Below are positions 17,346 through 26,099 of a stretch of DNA of 62,530 nucleotides, one piece after another. Both the position numbers and the translations under genes were made by a program. The notes under the pieces were generated by a model that did no database searches, was not told where the DNA came from, and saw only the letters and a list, made by a program, of their open reading frames with translations. The stretch's first letter is position 1, and every line of letters starts with the position of its first letter. The stretch is from an uncultured Nitrospiraceae bacterium (lineage in GTDB: Bacteria; Nitrospirota; Thermodesulfovibrionia; Thermodesulfovibrionales; UBA9159): contig CAYYWY010000012.1 of assembly GCA_964475485.1 (NCBI GenBank), forward strand, positions 1 to 62,530. The letters run 5' to 3'.

Positions 17346-18215
17346 TCATCTGATCTGGTATGTCATGGTCATCCTCGAACCGCCTCTCAGAAGGTCGACC
17401 TGGACCCTGTCCATTCCCCTGAGTGCAGTAAACGCCTGGAGGGCGTTCTCTGGATTCGAGATATTATACTCATTTATGCGCAAAAGGACATCTCCGTTCT
17501 GGAGTCCAAGGCTCTGATAAATACCGCCGCTCTTTACCTCACGGAGGATGAAGCCTTCCTGTTTGCCGTTAACAAGGTTGGGCTGGAGCCTTGCGTCCGT
17601 CATAAGCTGATTGGGGTTTTCCAGCGCATGGAGTATCCTCTTCTGGTCGAGGATAAAAAGTCCGCTTCCTGCGCTCCTTGCAAAAGCAGATCCGCTCGCC
17701 TCGGCCTCCCTGGGATTCAGCTCCTTTATTGTGAGCATTTCTGCCAGCGGAATCCTTATCTCCCTGCCGCCTTCTGTTATGACAGCCCTGTCCTTTTCGA
17801 CTCTCTTCAATTTCCCGGCACCAAAGACCGACTCGCCGATTCTGAACACCTCCTGTTTGCCAGCCTTGTCTGCAAATATGGCATAACTGAAAACAGGAGG
17901 TCCGGCGATGGTGCCCACGAGCGTAATGTCTGAGTGTGATACCGCTCCTTCCCTCGTTACAGAGAGTTCCTTCAACTCTCCACCGGGAAATCCAAAGGGA
18001 TTGCTTTTAAGGATGCTGGCGTATTCCTGGAGCCCCATCTTCACCTTTCGGGTGCTGGCCTGAGCGGGTGGGGAGGGTCTTTCTGTTCTCCTCAGAGAGT
18101 GGGAGAGGATGTCCCGGATGAAGATGAGGATGACGATAGTCAATAAAAGGGCGATAATCACATTAAGGGTAACAGGCAGTCCGGGATACCTGTATATGAA
18201 ATCTGTCCTGTCCAT
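17346..18215 (-). CDS. gspC: Type II secretion protein C with PDZ domain
   Basis: TM, HR domain (LVGTI...AIF), PDZ (LGLQNGDVLLRIN). Confidence 0.92.
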   Translation of the reverse strand: MDRTDFIYRYPGLPVTLNVIIALLLTIVILIFIRDILSHSLRRTERPSPPAQASTRKVKMGLQEYASILKSNPFGFPGGELKELSVTREGAVSHSDITLVGTIAGPPVFSYAIFADKAGKQEVFRIGESVFGAGKLKRVEKDRAVITEGGREIRIPLAEMLTIKELNPREAEASGSAFARSAGSGLFILDQKRILHALENPNQLMTDARLQPNLVNGKQEGFILREVKSGGIYQSLGLQNGDVLLRINEYNISNPENALQAFTALRGMDRVQVDLLRGGSRMTMTYQIR

Positions 18216-18413
18216 GGCAAACCTTAAGAATTATAAACAAAGGAGCGGCATTTTTACAATTTGAACGGGTCGAAAGCCTGTTCCTTACTTAATCATGGCT
18301 ACGACAAAGTCCCTGCCCCCGGTCTCTCTTGCCATTGCCGGTGTTGCCATTTCTTCAAGAAGCACACACAATACTTTGATATAATAGTAGAGTATGAGGG
18401 CCGGGAGGATCAG

Positions 18414-19730
18414 ATGAGTCCAGAAGCAAGAATGCTGAAGGTCCTACTCGCCATCAGAAATCCCCCTGAAGAGCTGCTGACGGTACTGAAAGGCCAGCAA
18501 CTCGATACCCTCCCCGAAGGGGAGTCCCTTCCCGGGTACGTCGCCAAGAATAATTATCATCTAATCCTTCTTGATGGCGGCGTAGAGTCTATCCCGTCAA
18601 TTAAAGCTGCAGACCCAAGGGCAGAGATTATCCTGTTCAAGAAAGGGGAGGAGGACTTCATCGAGGCGGTGAGACATGGTGCATCAGCATGCTTCACCGT
18701 TCCTGTTGAGACGGAGAGGCTCAGGGAGGCTGTTGTAAGAATACAGGATATGGCAGAGATGAGGAGGGAGACCGCTGAGCTTGAGAGACTCCTGAGCAGC
18801 AAGTATACGTTTGCCGGCATTATAGGCAAGAACCCCCAGATGCTTGATATCTTTTCTTTCATTGCCCATATCGCTCCGTATTACAGGACGGTCACCATAA
18901 TGGGGGAAACCGGCTCCGGCAAGGAAGTGATCGCAAAAGCGATTCATGCCTTAAGCCCCGCGGCTAAGAACCCCTTTATTGTATGCAACTGCGGCGGATT
19001 TGTTGAAGACCTGATCGAGTCTGAGCTCTTCGGGCACAAGAAGGGTTCGTTCACAGGCGCCGTGACCGATAAGGTGGGTCTTTTCGAGGCCGCAGGAGAA
19101 GGCACGATATTCCTTGATGAGATAGGCGAACTTCCCCTCTCATTCCAGCCTCATTTTCTCAGAGTGCTGGAGAACGGGGAGTTCAAGAAGGTAGGCAGCA
19201 ACCAGATGTCCAAGGCGAGGTGCCGTGTGATTGCGGCGACAAACAGGGACCTGCGGACAAAGGTTAAGGAGGGAAGATTCAGGGAGGATCTTTTCTTCAG
19301 GCTCACTCGCTTGACTGTCGAAGTCCCCCCCCTCCGAGACAGAAAGGATGACATACTCCTTTTGAGCCGCCATCTCCTGGACAGATTCAACGAGCGCTCC
19401 GGCAAGAGGATCTTCGGCATCTCAAGACCGGCCCAGTCGGCCCTCATGCGCCACAACTGGCCGGGCAACGTGAGGGAGCTCGAGAACGTGATCGAAGAAG
19501 CAGCCATCCTCACAACCGAATCCTTTATACGCCTCCAGGACCTCCCTTCATACATCAGGGAGTCCGGCAATAGTGAAAGTCCTTTACTAATGAGCCTGAG
19601 CGAGATGGAGAAGAGACACATCCAGACAGTTCTTCAGCAATGCGGTAACAACCGGACAAGAGCGGCTGAAGTCCTCGGAATCAGCAGAAGGGCTCTCTTG
19701 AGGAGGATCGAGAAGTTCGGCATGAGATAG
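18414..19730 (+). CDS. Sigma54-dependent Fis-family activator with a degenerate receiver domain
   Basis: [37 protein letters not shown]-terminal HTH. Start ATG 18414 follows GGAGGA. Confidence 0.92.
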   Translation: MSPEARMLKVLLAIRNPPEELLTVLKGQQLDTLPEGESLPGYVAKNNYHLILLDGGVESIPSIKAADPRAEIILFKKGEEDFIEAVRHGASACFTVPVETERLREAVVRIQDMAEMRRETAELERLLSSKYTFAGIIGKNPQMLDIFSFIAHIAPYYRTVTIMGETGSGKEVIAKAIHALSPAAKNPFIVCNCGGFVEDLIESELFGHKKGSFTGAVTDKVGLFEAAGEGTIFLDEIGELPLSFQPHFLRVLENGEFKKVGSNQMSKARCRVIAATNRDLRTKVKEGRFREDLFFRLTRLTVEVPPLRDRKDDILLLSRHLLDRFNERSGKRIFGISRPAQSALMRHNWPGNVRELENVIEEAAILTTESFIRLQDLPSYIRESGNSESPLLMSLSEMEKRHIQTVLQQCGNNRTRAAEVLGISRRALLRRIEKFGMR

Positions 19731-19953
19731 CACTGATCCATATGCGCACACCCATGCCAAAACCGCACACTTGAACAGATTCAAGGGGCAGGGCGAGGTG
19801 GCAGTTAAAGATTCTCCTTTTATGTCTAGATCTTTTAGGATATCCTGATCTCTTCTTCCCGAAGCTGCTCCGGAAGGAGGGTTTCTCCAGCCCGTGACGC
19901 ATCCGCTCATCTCTCTTTCAGCCCAAAATGGCCTGCACAAAAATTATTTTATT

Positions 19954-19966
19954 TATCAGGCAGTTA
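19954..19966 (+). promoter_or_regulatory. Putative IHF site
   Basis: TATCAG-GCAG-TTA versus WATCAA-N4-TTR, with an upstream A/T tract, just 5' of a sigma54 promoter. Confidence 0.5.
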
Positions 19967-19982
19967 ACTTCTCCAGAGGTTC

Positions 19983-19998
19983 TGGCACGGCTCTCGCT
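19983..19998 (+). promoter_or_regulatory. Sigma54 -24/-12 promoter
   Basis: TGGCACGGCTCTCGCT, exact GG-N10-GC spacing. Confidence 0.75.
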
Positions 19999-20042
19999 CT
20001 TCCTATAGGCAAATGCAAGGAAAGGGAAAGGAGGAGAAGGAA

Positions 20043-21659
20043 ATGAAAACGAAATTGACAGCAGGCTTGGTTGGTTTATTGGCAGGTCTCGTTTTTTCGA
20101 CTTATGCACTGGGCGCGATAAGTATCGATACGCCGACATTCAACCAGCCCAGTGGATTCGCACTGTATGATGGCGGGAACTACGATTTCGGGCATGCTAT
20201 GGCGACGCAGCAGGACGGTAAAATAGTGGTGGCAGGAGGACGCTCAAACGGAATCAATAACGATATTCTGGTTTTGAGGTTTCATAGCGGCGGCAGTCTC
20301 GATAAGACCTTCGGCTCGGGGGGGGTCGTAACTTACGACAGCGGCGACGATGATTATGCATATGCCGTTGCCATTCAGGCGGACGGCAGAATAGTTGTTG
20401 CAGGCGGGAGCTACAACGGAGACGACTATGACATCACGGTTCTGAGACTTAATGACGACGGCACCCTTGACGGTACCTTTGGTTCTGCGGGCGTGGCCGT
20501 CTATGACGGTGAAAACGACTTTGGATACGGGATGGCCATCCAGGCAGACGGCAGGATAGTGGTCGTCGGTGGCACGTATAAAGGAACCAGCAGTGATGCC
20601 CTCATGGTGAGGTTTCAGAGCAACGGCGCCCTTGACAATACCTTTGGCGCTGCCGGGGCCGTGACCTACAACGGAGGAGGCCATGATTATGCCCATGCAG
20701 TCGCCATTCAGGCGGACGGCAAGATCGTGGTAGTGGGAGAGAGCAGCAACGGTATGGACTGTGACATCCTTGTGCTGAGGCTTCTCAGCAACGGAAGCAC
20801 CGACAACGGTTTCGGAATCGGGGGCATCGTGAAGTATAACAGCGGTGATGATGAATGCGGCTACGCAGTTGCAGCGTTGGCGGACGGCAGGATCATTGTT
20901 ACGGGATGCCTGCATAACGGGATTAACTGCGATGCGCTGATAATGAGGTTGAACGCAAACGGCAGCATCGACAAAACCTTCGGTACCGGCGGGATTGCCG
21001 TATACGACAGGGGTTATGATGAGCTTGCCTATGCGGCAGCCGTGCAGCCCGACGGCAAGATAGCCGTTGCAGGTTCTGTTTTTGACGGAGTTAATTCGGA
21101 CGGGCTGGTGTTGAGATTCAATGCGAGCGGCACACTTGACAACACTTTTGGTGCGGGAGGCTATATCAGCTACGTAATCGGTAATAACGTATATGGAAGC
21201 GCAGTCGCCTTACAGCCTGACGGCAAGATCATAGTCGCAGGCACCAGCGACAACGGTACGGACTATGACGTATTCGTTTTGAGACTCGCTGAAATACAGA
21301 TGCCTGATCTCGTGGTCTCCTCCATCGCTGCATTGGCGTGGCGCGCGGGAACGAACCTGACCGCTCTAACAGTGAGTTTTAGGGTAAAGAACCAGAGTTC
21401 AGCCGGTGCGGCCCCTTCCACCGTCAAGTTTTATCTCTCAAGGGATATGATACTGGGAGGGAGCGACATCTATCTGGGATCGGCGGCGATAGCATCCCTC
21501 GCGGCAGGCAGGGAAACAGCGTTGGGCACAATGAACTTCAGGATATCGGTGCCGGCATCCGGGGCATGGTATATCCTCGGGGTGGCTGATGCGAATGACG
21601 AGGTTGTCGAGGGCAATGAGACAAACAACGCGAAGGGAACAATAGTTACAGTGAAGTAG
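20043..21659 (+). CDS. Secreted delta-60-repeat beta-propeller protein with C-terminal CARDB-like domain
   Basis: Signal peptide; seven QxDGKIVVAG repeats, most followed by RFxxxGxLDxTFG; PDLVV...VKNQ...FYLS...ExNETNN tail. Confidence 0.88.
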   Translation: MKTKLTAGLVGLLAGLVFSTYALGAISIDTPTFNQPSGFALYDGGNYDFGHAMATQQDGKIVVAGGRSNGINNDILVLRFHSGGSLDKTFGSGGVVTYDSGDDDYAYAVAIQADGRIVVAGGSYNGDDYDITVLRLNDDGTLDGTFGSAGVAVYDGENDFGYGMAIQADGRIVVVGGTYKGTSSDALMVRFQSNGALDNTFGAAGAVTYNGGGHDYAHAVAIQADGKIVVVGESSNGMDCDILVLRLLSNGSTDNGFGIGGIVKYNSGDDECGYAVAALADGRIIVTGCLHNGINCDALIMRLNANGSIDKTFGTGGIAVYDRGYDELAYAAAVQPDGKIAVAGSVFDGVNSDGLVLRFNASGTLDNTFGAGGYISYVIGNNVYGSAVALQPDGKIIVAGTSDNGTDYDVFVLRLAEIQMPDLVVSSIAALAWRAGTNLTALTVSFRVKNQSSAGAAPSTVKFYLSRDMILGGSDIYLGSAAIASLAAGRETALGTMNFRISVPASGAWYILGVADANDEVVEGNETNNAKGTIVTVK

Positions 21660-21672
21660 CGTGCGCCCTCAG

Positions 21673-21700
21673 AGGGTGGAGAATGAACTCCACCCTTTTT
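21673..21700 (+). terminator. Rho-independent terminator
   Basis: AGGGTGGAG-AATGAA-CTCCACCCT-TTTT. Confidence 0.8.
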
Positions 21701-21756
21701 GCGCGCTCAAAAGGCTCGATCTTTCCAATTCCCGGATGTTCCCGCTATAATAGTTT

Positions 21757-21843
21757 ATGAAAATCTTTGACCTTTCCTTCTTCCTGCCTGACGGGCCTGC
21801 TGTGTGGAGCGCGGAGGGACAGACCATGAGGGCTTTCATATGA
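21757..21843 (+). pseudogene. 28-codon upstream ORF, possible cyclase-family N-terminal remnant
   Basis: MKIFDLSFFLPDGPAVWSAEGQTMRAFI*; starts 5 nt after TATAAT; its TGA overlaps the kinase ATG. Confidence 0.35.
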
Positions 21844-23264
21844 TAAGGACCTTCTTTCTGAATCTTTCCCTGAACAAGAAACTCGTCCTGATGATGCTCT
21901 TCTTGAGTTCCGTACTTCTTTCGATTCTTGTCTTCCTGTATTGGCAGTCCGAAAAGGCTCTCCTTAATGAACTGGGCAACCAGACGGCGGAGCTATCAAA
22001 GGCGATTCAGGTGGGAGTGGAGGAGGTAACCGCTATGGGCTTTACTGATGAAACCAGGCTCGCCCAATACCTGAAGGGCCTCAATTCCAAAGGGATAAAC
22101 GAGATCTCGATTATCAGCAATACCGACGAGATAATCGCAAGCACGAATCCTACGAAGGTGGGGGCTGCCCTTACCCCGAAAAAGAAGGAACTGGTGATAA
22201 AGGCCGAACTGGGTGAACCGGTCTCGAAGGAAGGGAAGACATATAACGTAATCGTTCCGGTTATTGCCGGGGAAGCCCATTACGGATATATACACCTGAA
22301 GATCAACGCGGATGATGTTTCGACGCTGCTCAAGCACAATCTGATAAAGAGGATTTTCGGGGCGCTCCTGGTATTCGGTATCGGTATCGGCATCGCCATC
22401 TTCCTTTCAGTAAGATATACCGAGCCGATACACAGCGTGGTCGATGCGGCCAAGAAGGTGGCTGCTGGCGATTTCAACCAGAATCTGACGGCTGACAGAA
22501 AAGACGAGATAGGCGAGCTTACGGCGAGCTTCAACCACATGGTCAGGAAACTGAGGGAGAACAAGCTCCTTGAGGAGAGGCTCCGGGAGGCCGAACACCT
22601 TTCCGCGATCGGCCAGCTGTCGAGCACCATTGCCCATGAGATACGGAACCCCCTGAACTTCATAAGTCTCAGCATCGATCATATCAGGGAGAAGTACCGC
22701 CCGGAGAAGGCCGAGGATCGGGAGAACTTCGTCGCCCTTGTATCAAGCATAAAACAGGAGATACACCGTCTCAACAGACTCGTGAATGACTTCCTGGACT
22801 ACGGCAAGCCGCTTAAGCTGAATCTGAAGCGCGTAAGCATCGGCGGAGTGCTTGGCGACTTGGTGGAGATTATCCGGGCTAAGGCGGAAGCTGAAAAGGT
22901 GGAGATAGCGAGCGACTACGCCTTCTCCCCCGAAGTCAGGATCGATCCCGAGCTTATGAAGACGTGCATCCTCAATATTGTGACCAACGCCTTTCAGGCG
23001 ATGCCCGGTGGCGGCACTCTCACCATCAGGACGGAGAACAATGATGGGAGATTTGTTCTGACCGTAAGTGACACGGGTACAGGCGTGGCAAAGGAAAACC
23101 TGCCGAAGGTGTTCGAACCATTTTTTTCAACGAAGAGCAACGGACTTGGTCTCGGGCTTGCAACAACGAAGCGCATAGTTGAAGAGCACGGCGGGAAAAT
23201 AGATTTCTACTCTGGGGAAGGTGAGACGGGCAGCACGGTAACCATCAGCCTGCCTTTGTTATGA
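21840..23264 (+). CDS. HAMP-domain sensor histidine kinase
   Basis: Two TMs, HAMP (DEIGEL), AHEIRNPL H-box, N/G1/F/G2 boxes. Confidence 0.95.
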   Translation: MIRTFFLNLSLNKKLVLMMLFLSSVLLSILVFLYWQSEKALLNELGNQTAELSKAIQVGVEEVTAMGFTDETRLAQYLKGLNSKGINEISIISNTDEIIASTNPTKVGAALTPKKKELVIKAELGEPVSKEGKTYNVIVPVIAGEAHYGYIHLKINADDVSTLLKHNLIKRIFGALLVFGIGIGIAIFLSVRYTEPIHSVVDAAKKVAAGDFNQNLTADRKDEIGELTASFNHMVRKLRENKLLEERLREAEHLSAIGQLSSTIAHEIRNPLNFISLSIDHIREKYRPEKAEDRENFVALVSSIKQEIHRLNRLVNDFLDYGKPLKLNLKRVSIGGVLGDLVEIIRAKAEAEKVEIASDYAFSPEVRIDPELMKTCILNIVTNAFQAMPGGGTLTIRTENNDGRFVLTVSDTGTGVAKENLPKVFEPFFSTKSNGLGLGLATTKRIVEEHGGKIDFYSGEGETGSTVTISLPLL

Positions 23265-23286
23265 TGATTTTGGAGGGGAGCTGTCA

Positions 23287-24669
23287 ATGGCTGTCGTACT
23301 TGTCGTAGATGATGAAGCCAATCAGAGAAACATCCTGAGGGTGATCCTTTCGGAGGAGGGATACGAAACGCACGTTGCGTCGTCCGGAGAAGAGGCGCTG
23401 AAGGTGATAAGGACTTACGACCCTGACGTCGTCCTCACTGACCTGAAAATGGAAGGTATGGACGGCATCGAACTCATGGAAGAAATAAAATCCCATGCAG
23501 ATGCCCCGGAAGTCGTCCTGATGACCGCATTTGGAACGGTCAGTACCGCAGTGGATGCGCTTAAGAAAGGAGCATACCATTATCTCGAAAAGCCTCTTGA
23601 CAAGGATAAAGTCCTTTCTACCTTGAGACTCGCCCTGGAAAAGAAGGAGTTGCTGAGGGAGAACCGGAAGCTTCAGCAGGCCCTGCACGACAGGTTCAGC
23701 ATCGAAGGCATAGTCCGGAATTCGAAGGCGATGAGGGAAGTCATCGAGGTTGTCAGGAAAGTCTCACCCAGCCCCGTCACGGTCCTCATCCTGGGTGAGA
23801 GCGGAACGGGCAAAGAGCTCGTTGCAAAGGCGATCCACTATAACAGCTCCAGGAGCTCAAGACCATTCACTGCGATTAACTGCGCAGCGATTCCCGAAAG
23901 CCTTCTTGAGAGCGAGCTCTTCGGCTACGAGCCTGGTGCTTTCACCGGCGCAGTGACCAGGAAGATCGGGCTCTTTGAGGCTACTAACGGAGGCACTATG
24001 TTCCTGGATGAGGTTGGGGATCTCCCTCCAATGACCCAGGCTAAGATCCTCAGGGTGCTCCAGGAAAAGGAAATACGCAGGATCGGGGGGCGGGATGCGA
24101 TAAAGGTGGACGTAAGGGTCATCGCGGCCACTAATAGGAATGTTGAGAAGGAGATGAAGAAGGGGAGGTTCAGGGAGGACCTCTACTACAGACTGAGGGT
24201 CGTGACCATCGAGATTCCTCCCCTCCGGGAAAGACGCGAAGATATACCGGACCTTGTTCACTACTTCATTCAGCGCTATAATGTAGAGTTCGGGAAGCGT
24301 GTAAGTCGTGTGGAGGAGGGCGCGATGAAGGCGCTTGTGGATTATCACTGGCCCGGAAACGTGAGGCAGGTGGAGTCCGTGATCGAGAGGGCACTGCTCA
24401 TGTGCGAATCCGATACGATCAGACTGAAGGATATCAAGAGCGAACTGAAGCTATCCCAGCAACAGAGCGTTTTCGATTTAGATTTCCCCGATGAGGGCAT
24501 TGTCTTTGAGGAGCTTGAAAAGGAACTTCTGAAAAAGGCAATGGGCAAGGCCAATAACGTCGCTGCCCGGGCTGCGAAACTCCTCGGTATGAGCTACAAG
24601 ACCTTCTGGTATCGATGGGAGAAATTCGGGCTTGAGAGTTCTTCCCTAAAAAAGGAAGATGCTCCCTAA
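23287..24669 (+). CDS. NtrC/AtoC/ZraR-family sigma54 response regulator
   Basis: Intact REC (VVDD, D-LKM, KP), GESGTGKE, GAFTGA, HTH. Confidence 0.96.
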   Translation: MAVVLVVDDEANQRNILRVILSEEGYETHVASSGEEALKVIRTYDPDVVLTDLKMEGMDGIELMEEIKSHADAPEVVLMTAFGTVSTAVDALKKGAYHYLEKPLDKDKVLSTLRLALEKKELLRENRKLQQALHDRFSIEGIVRNSKAMREVIEVVRKVSPSPVTVLILGESGTGKELVAKAIHYNSSRSSRPFTAINCAAIPESLLESELFGYEPGAFTGAVTRKIGLFEATNGGTMFLDEVGDLPPMTQAKILRVLQEKEIRRIGGRDAIKVDVRVIAATNRNVEKEMKKGRFREDLYYRLRVVTIEIPPLRERREDIPDLVHYFIQRYNVEFGKRVSRVEEGAMKALVDYHWPGNVRQVESVIERALLMCESDTIRLKDIKSELKLSQQQSVFDLDFPDEGIVFEELEKELLKKAMGKANNVAARAAKLLGMSYKTFWYRWEKFGLESSSLKKEDAP

Positions 24670-24677
24670 AAAGGGAT
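24640..24677 (+). promoter_or_regulatory. Putative tandem enhancer (UAS) sites
   Basis: TCCCTAAAAAAGGAA and TCCCTAAAAAGGGAT, each dyadic, 20-bp period, about 85-120 bp upstream of the -24 element. Confidence 0.6.
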
Positions 24678-24758
24678 GCCCTGGAGCATCTGCACGGATA
24701 GGGGAACGGGGGGCTGAAGCCCCGTCCCGTGCGCCTCTTTCCTTCGCTTCTGCATTTT

Positions 24759-24774
24759 TGGCACGAATCTTGTT
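24759..24774 (+). promoter_or_regulatory. Sigma54 -24/-12 promoter (near consensus)
   Basis: TGGCACGAATCTTGTT; -12 reads TTGT instead of TTGC. Confidence 0.6.
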
Positions 24775-24816
24775 AAGCATCGGCGTTTGGATCATTTTAA
24801 GAAAGGAGGTGATTTC

Positions 24817-25329
24817 ATGAAGAAGGCAATTGCGATGATCGTAGCGGTCCTGTTTGTCCTCTCCGTGTCCGCGCTTTCCTTTGCTGCTGAGGAGAAGAAG
24901 TCTCCTGCGACCCCGGCAGCCGAAAAGAAGGAGATGGCTCCTGCAAAAAAGGAAGCGGCGCCCGCGAAGGCTGAGGAGAAGAAGCCTGCGGAGAAGAAAG
25001 CCACTGCAAAGATGAAGCAGGTCACGGGCGAGGTTGTGGCTGTCGACGCGGCCGCAAAGACCCTCACCGTGAAAGGCAAGAAGGGTGACGTGGCGCTGAC
25101 CGTTGAAGAGAAGGCGGCTTCGAAACTTGCCGACGTCAAGGTCGGTGACAAAGTTACCGTGAAGTACAAGGAGACGGACGGCAAGAACGTGGCCACCAGT
25201 GTCGTCGGCAAGAAGGCTGCTGCCGAGAAGCAGATGGAGAAGAAAGAGGCAGCCCCTGCAAAGGCTGAGGAGAAGAAGCCAGCAGAAAAGCCTGCAGCTC
25301 CTGCAGCAAAGCCCGCGGAAAAGAAATAA
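24817..25329 (+). CDS. Exported Lys/Ala/Glu-rich protein with small beta-barrel (OB-like) core
   Basis: AAGGAGGT RBS; signal peptide ending SFA; core VTGEVVAVD...VKVGDKVTVKY; flanking duplicated KKEAAPAKAEEKKPAEK. Confidence 0.85.
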   Translation: MKKAIAMIVAVLFVLSVSALSFAAEEKKSPATPAAEKKEMAPAKKEAAPAKAEEKKPAEKKATAKMKQVTGEVVAVDAAAKTLTVKGKKGDVALTVEEKAASKLADVKVGDKVTVKYKETDGKNVATSVVGKKAAAEKQMEKKEAAPAKAEEKKPAEKPAAPAAKPAEKK

Positions 25330-25343
25330 TCTTTTCTAATTTG

Positions 25344-25381
25344 AAAAAAGGAGGCGCTGAGTTATCAGCGCCTCCTTTTTT
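25344..25381. terminator. Strong, potentially bidirectional Rho-independent terminator
   Basis: AAAAAAGGAGGCGCTGA-GTTA-TCAGCGCCTCCTTTTTT. Confidence 0.92.
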
Positions 25382-25437
25382 CTTTGCCTCATTGGTTCTA
25401 TTTGCGGAATTCCGACACGGCTGTTTCTCGCCTATTG

Positions 25438-25490
25438 TTGACATGAAGAGAATGCAAGTATATTATAATTAAAATATGAACAAGCGTTCA
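25438..25490 (+). promoter_or_regulatory. Sigma70 promoter and probable TetR operator
   Basis: TTGACA-17-TATTAT with overlapping TATAAT at 25464; palindrome TGAAC-AAGC-GTTCA at 25477-25490. Confidence 0.7.
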
Positions 25491-26099
25491 GGAAAGGAGT
25501 CGAAGAGGAGGATCATCAAGGCCGCCAAAAAGATCTTTTCGGAGCGCGGATTCAAAGGGGCGAGCATGAGGATGATCGCAAAGGCCGCAGACATCAGTCT
25601 GGGCGGGCTCTACCTCTACTTCAGGAACAAAGAGGACCTCTATGTCACCCTCGTGAGCAGCAGACTCGACGACCTTACAGAGAGGACAGAGAGGGTGCTT
25701 AAGGGTATAGAGGATCCTGCCGAGGCGATCAGAGCATTCATCTCCATGCGCGTAAAGTATGCGAGAAGGCACAGGGAGGTGATCCTCGTTCTGGGCAGGG
25801 AGCAGACATTGACATTCGGGCTCACTGCGAAAAGAAAATTCTTCCGGGACCAGAGGAGGATTATTGAAGAAACCGTCCGAAGGGGAATCGAGTCGGGGAG
25901 TTTCAGAAGGTGCGATCCAAAAGAAGTGGCGAGAATCGTCATCTGCTTGCTCAGGGGCTACATCGTCTCGATGATTATGGAACCCGATGCCACGTTCTCT
26001 CCCGAGGAATGCAGCAGCCTTATCCTTCACGGATTGTGCGTTCATTCCCTCACCTCCGGTAGGGATAGCGCCGGTAACATCGCGGCCCCGGGGAGGTGA
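25476..26099 (+). CDS. TetR/AcrR family regulator
   Basis: IIKAAKKIFSERGF...IAKAADISLGGLYLYFRNKEDL HTH. Confidence 0.95.
   Translation: MNKRSGKESKRRIIKAAKKIFSERGFKGASMRMIAKAADISLGGLYLYFRNKEDLYVTLVSSRLDDLTERTERVLKGIEDPAEAIRAFISMRVKYARRHREVILVLGREQTLTFGLTAKRKFFRDQRRIIEETVRRGIESGSFRRCDPKEVARIVICLLRGYIVSMIMEPDATFSPEECSSLILHGLCVHSLTSGRDSAGNIAAPGR

Noticed and set aside
18261-18413. Cys/His-rich N-terminus (CHCRCCH) on the sigma54 activator
   Set aside because: It lies upstream of a TATAAT (18380) and of the SD-preceded ATG at 18414; most likely untranslated.
19744-19760. Minus-strand TGGCAT as a sigma54 promoter
   Set aside because: GG-to-GC spacing is 9 or 11, not 10, and it would point antisense into the activator.
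20190-21290. Regularly spaced DNA repeats (GACGGCAAGAT/GACGGCAGGAT) as a possible CRISPR array
   Set aside because: They are degenerate, in-frame protein repeats with a period of about 165 bp, and no cas genes are present.
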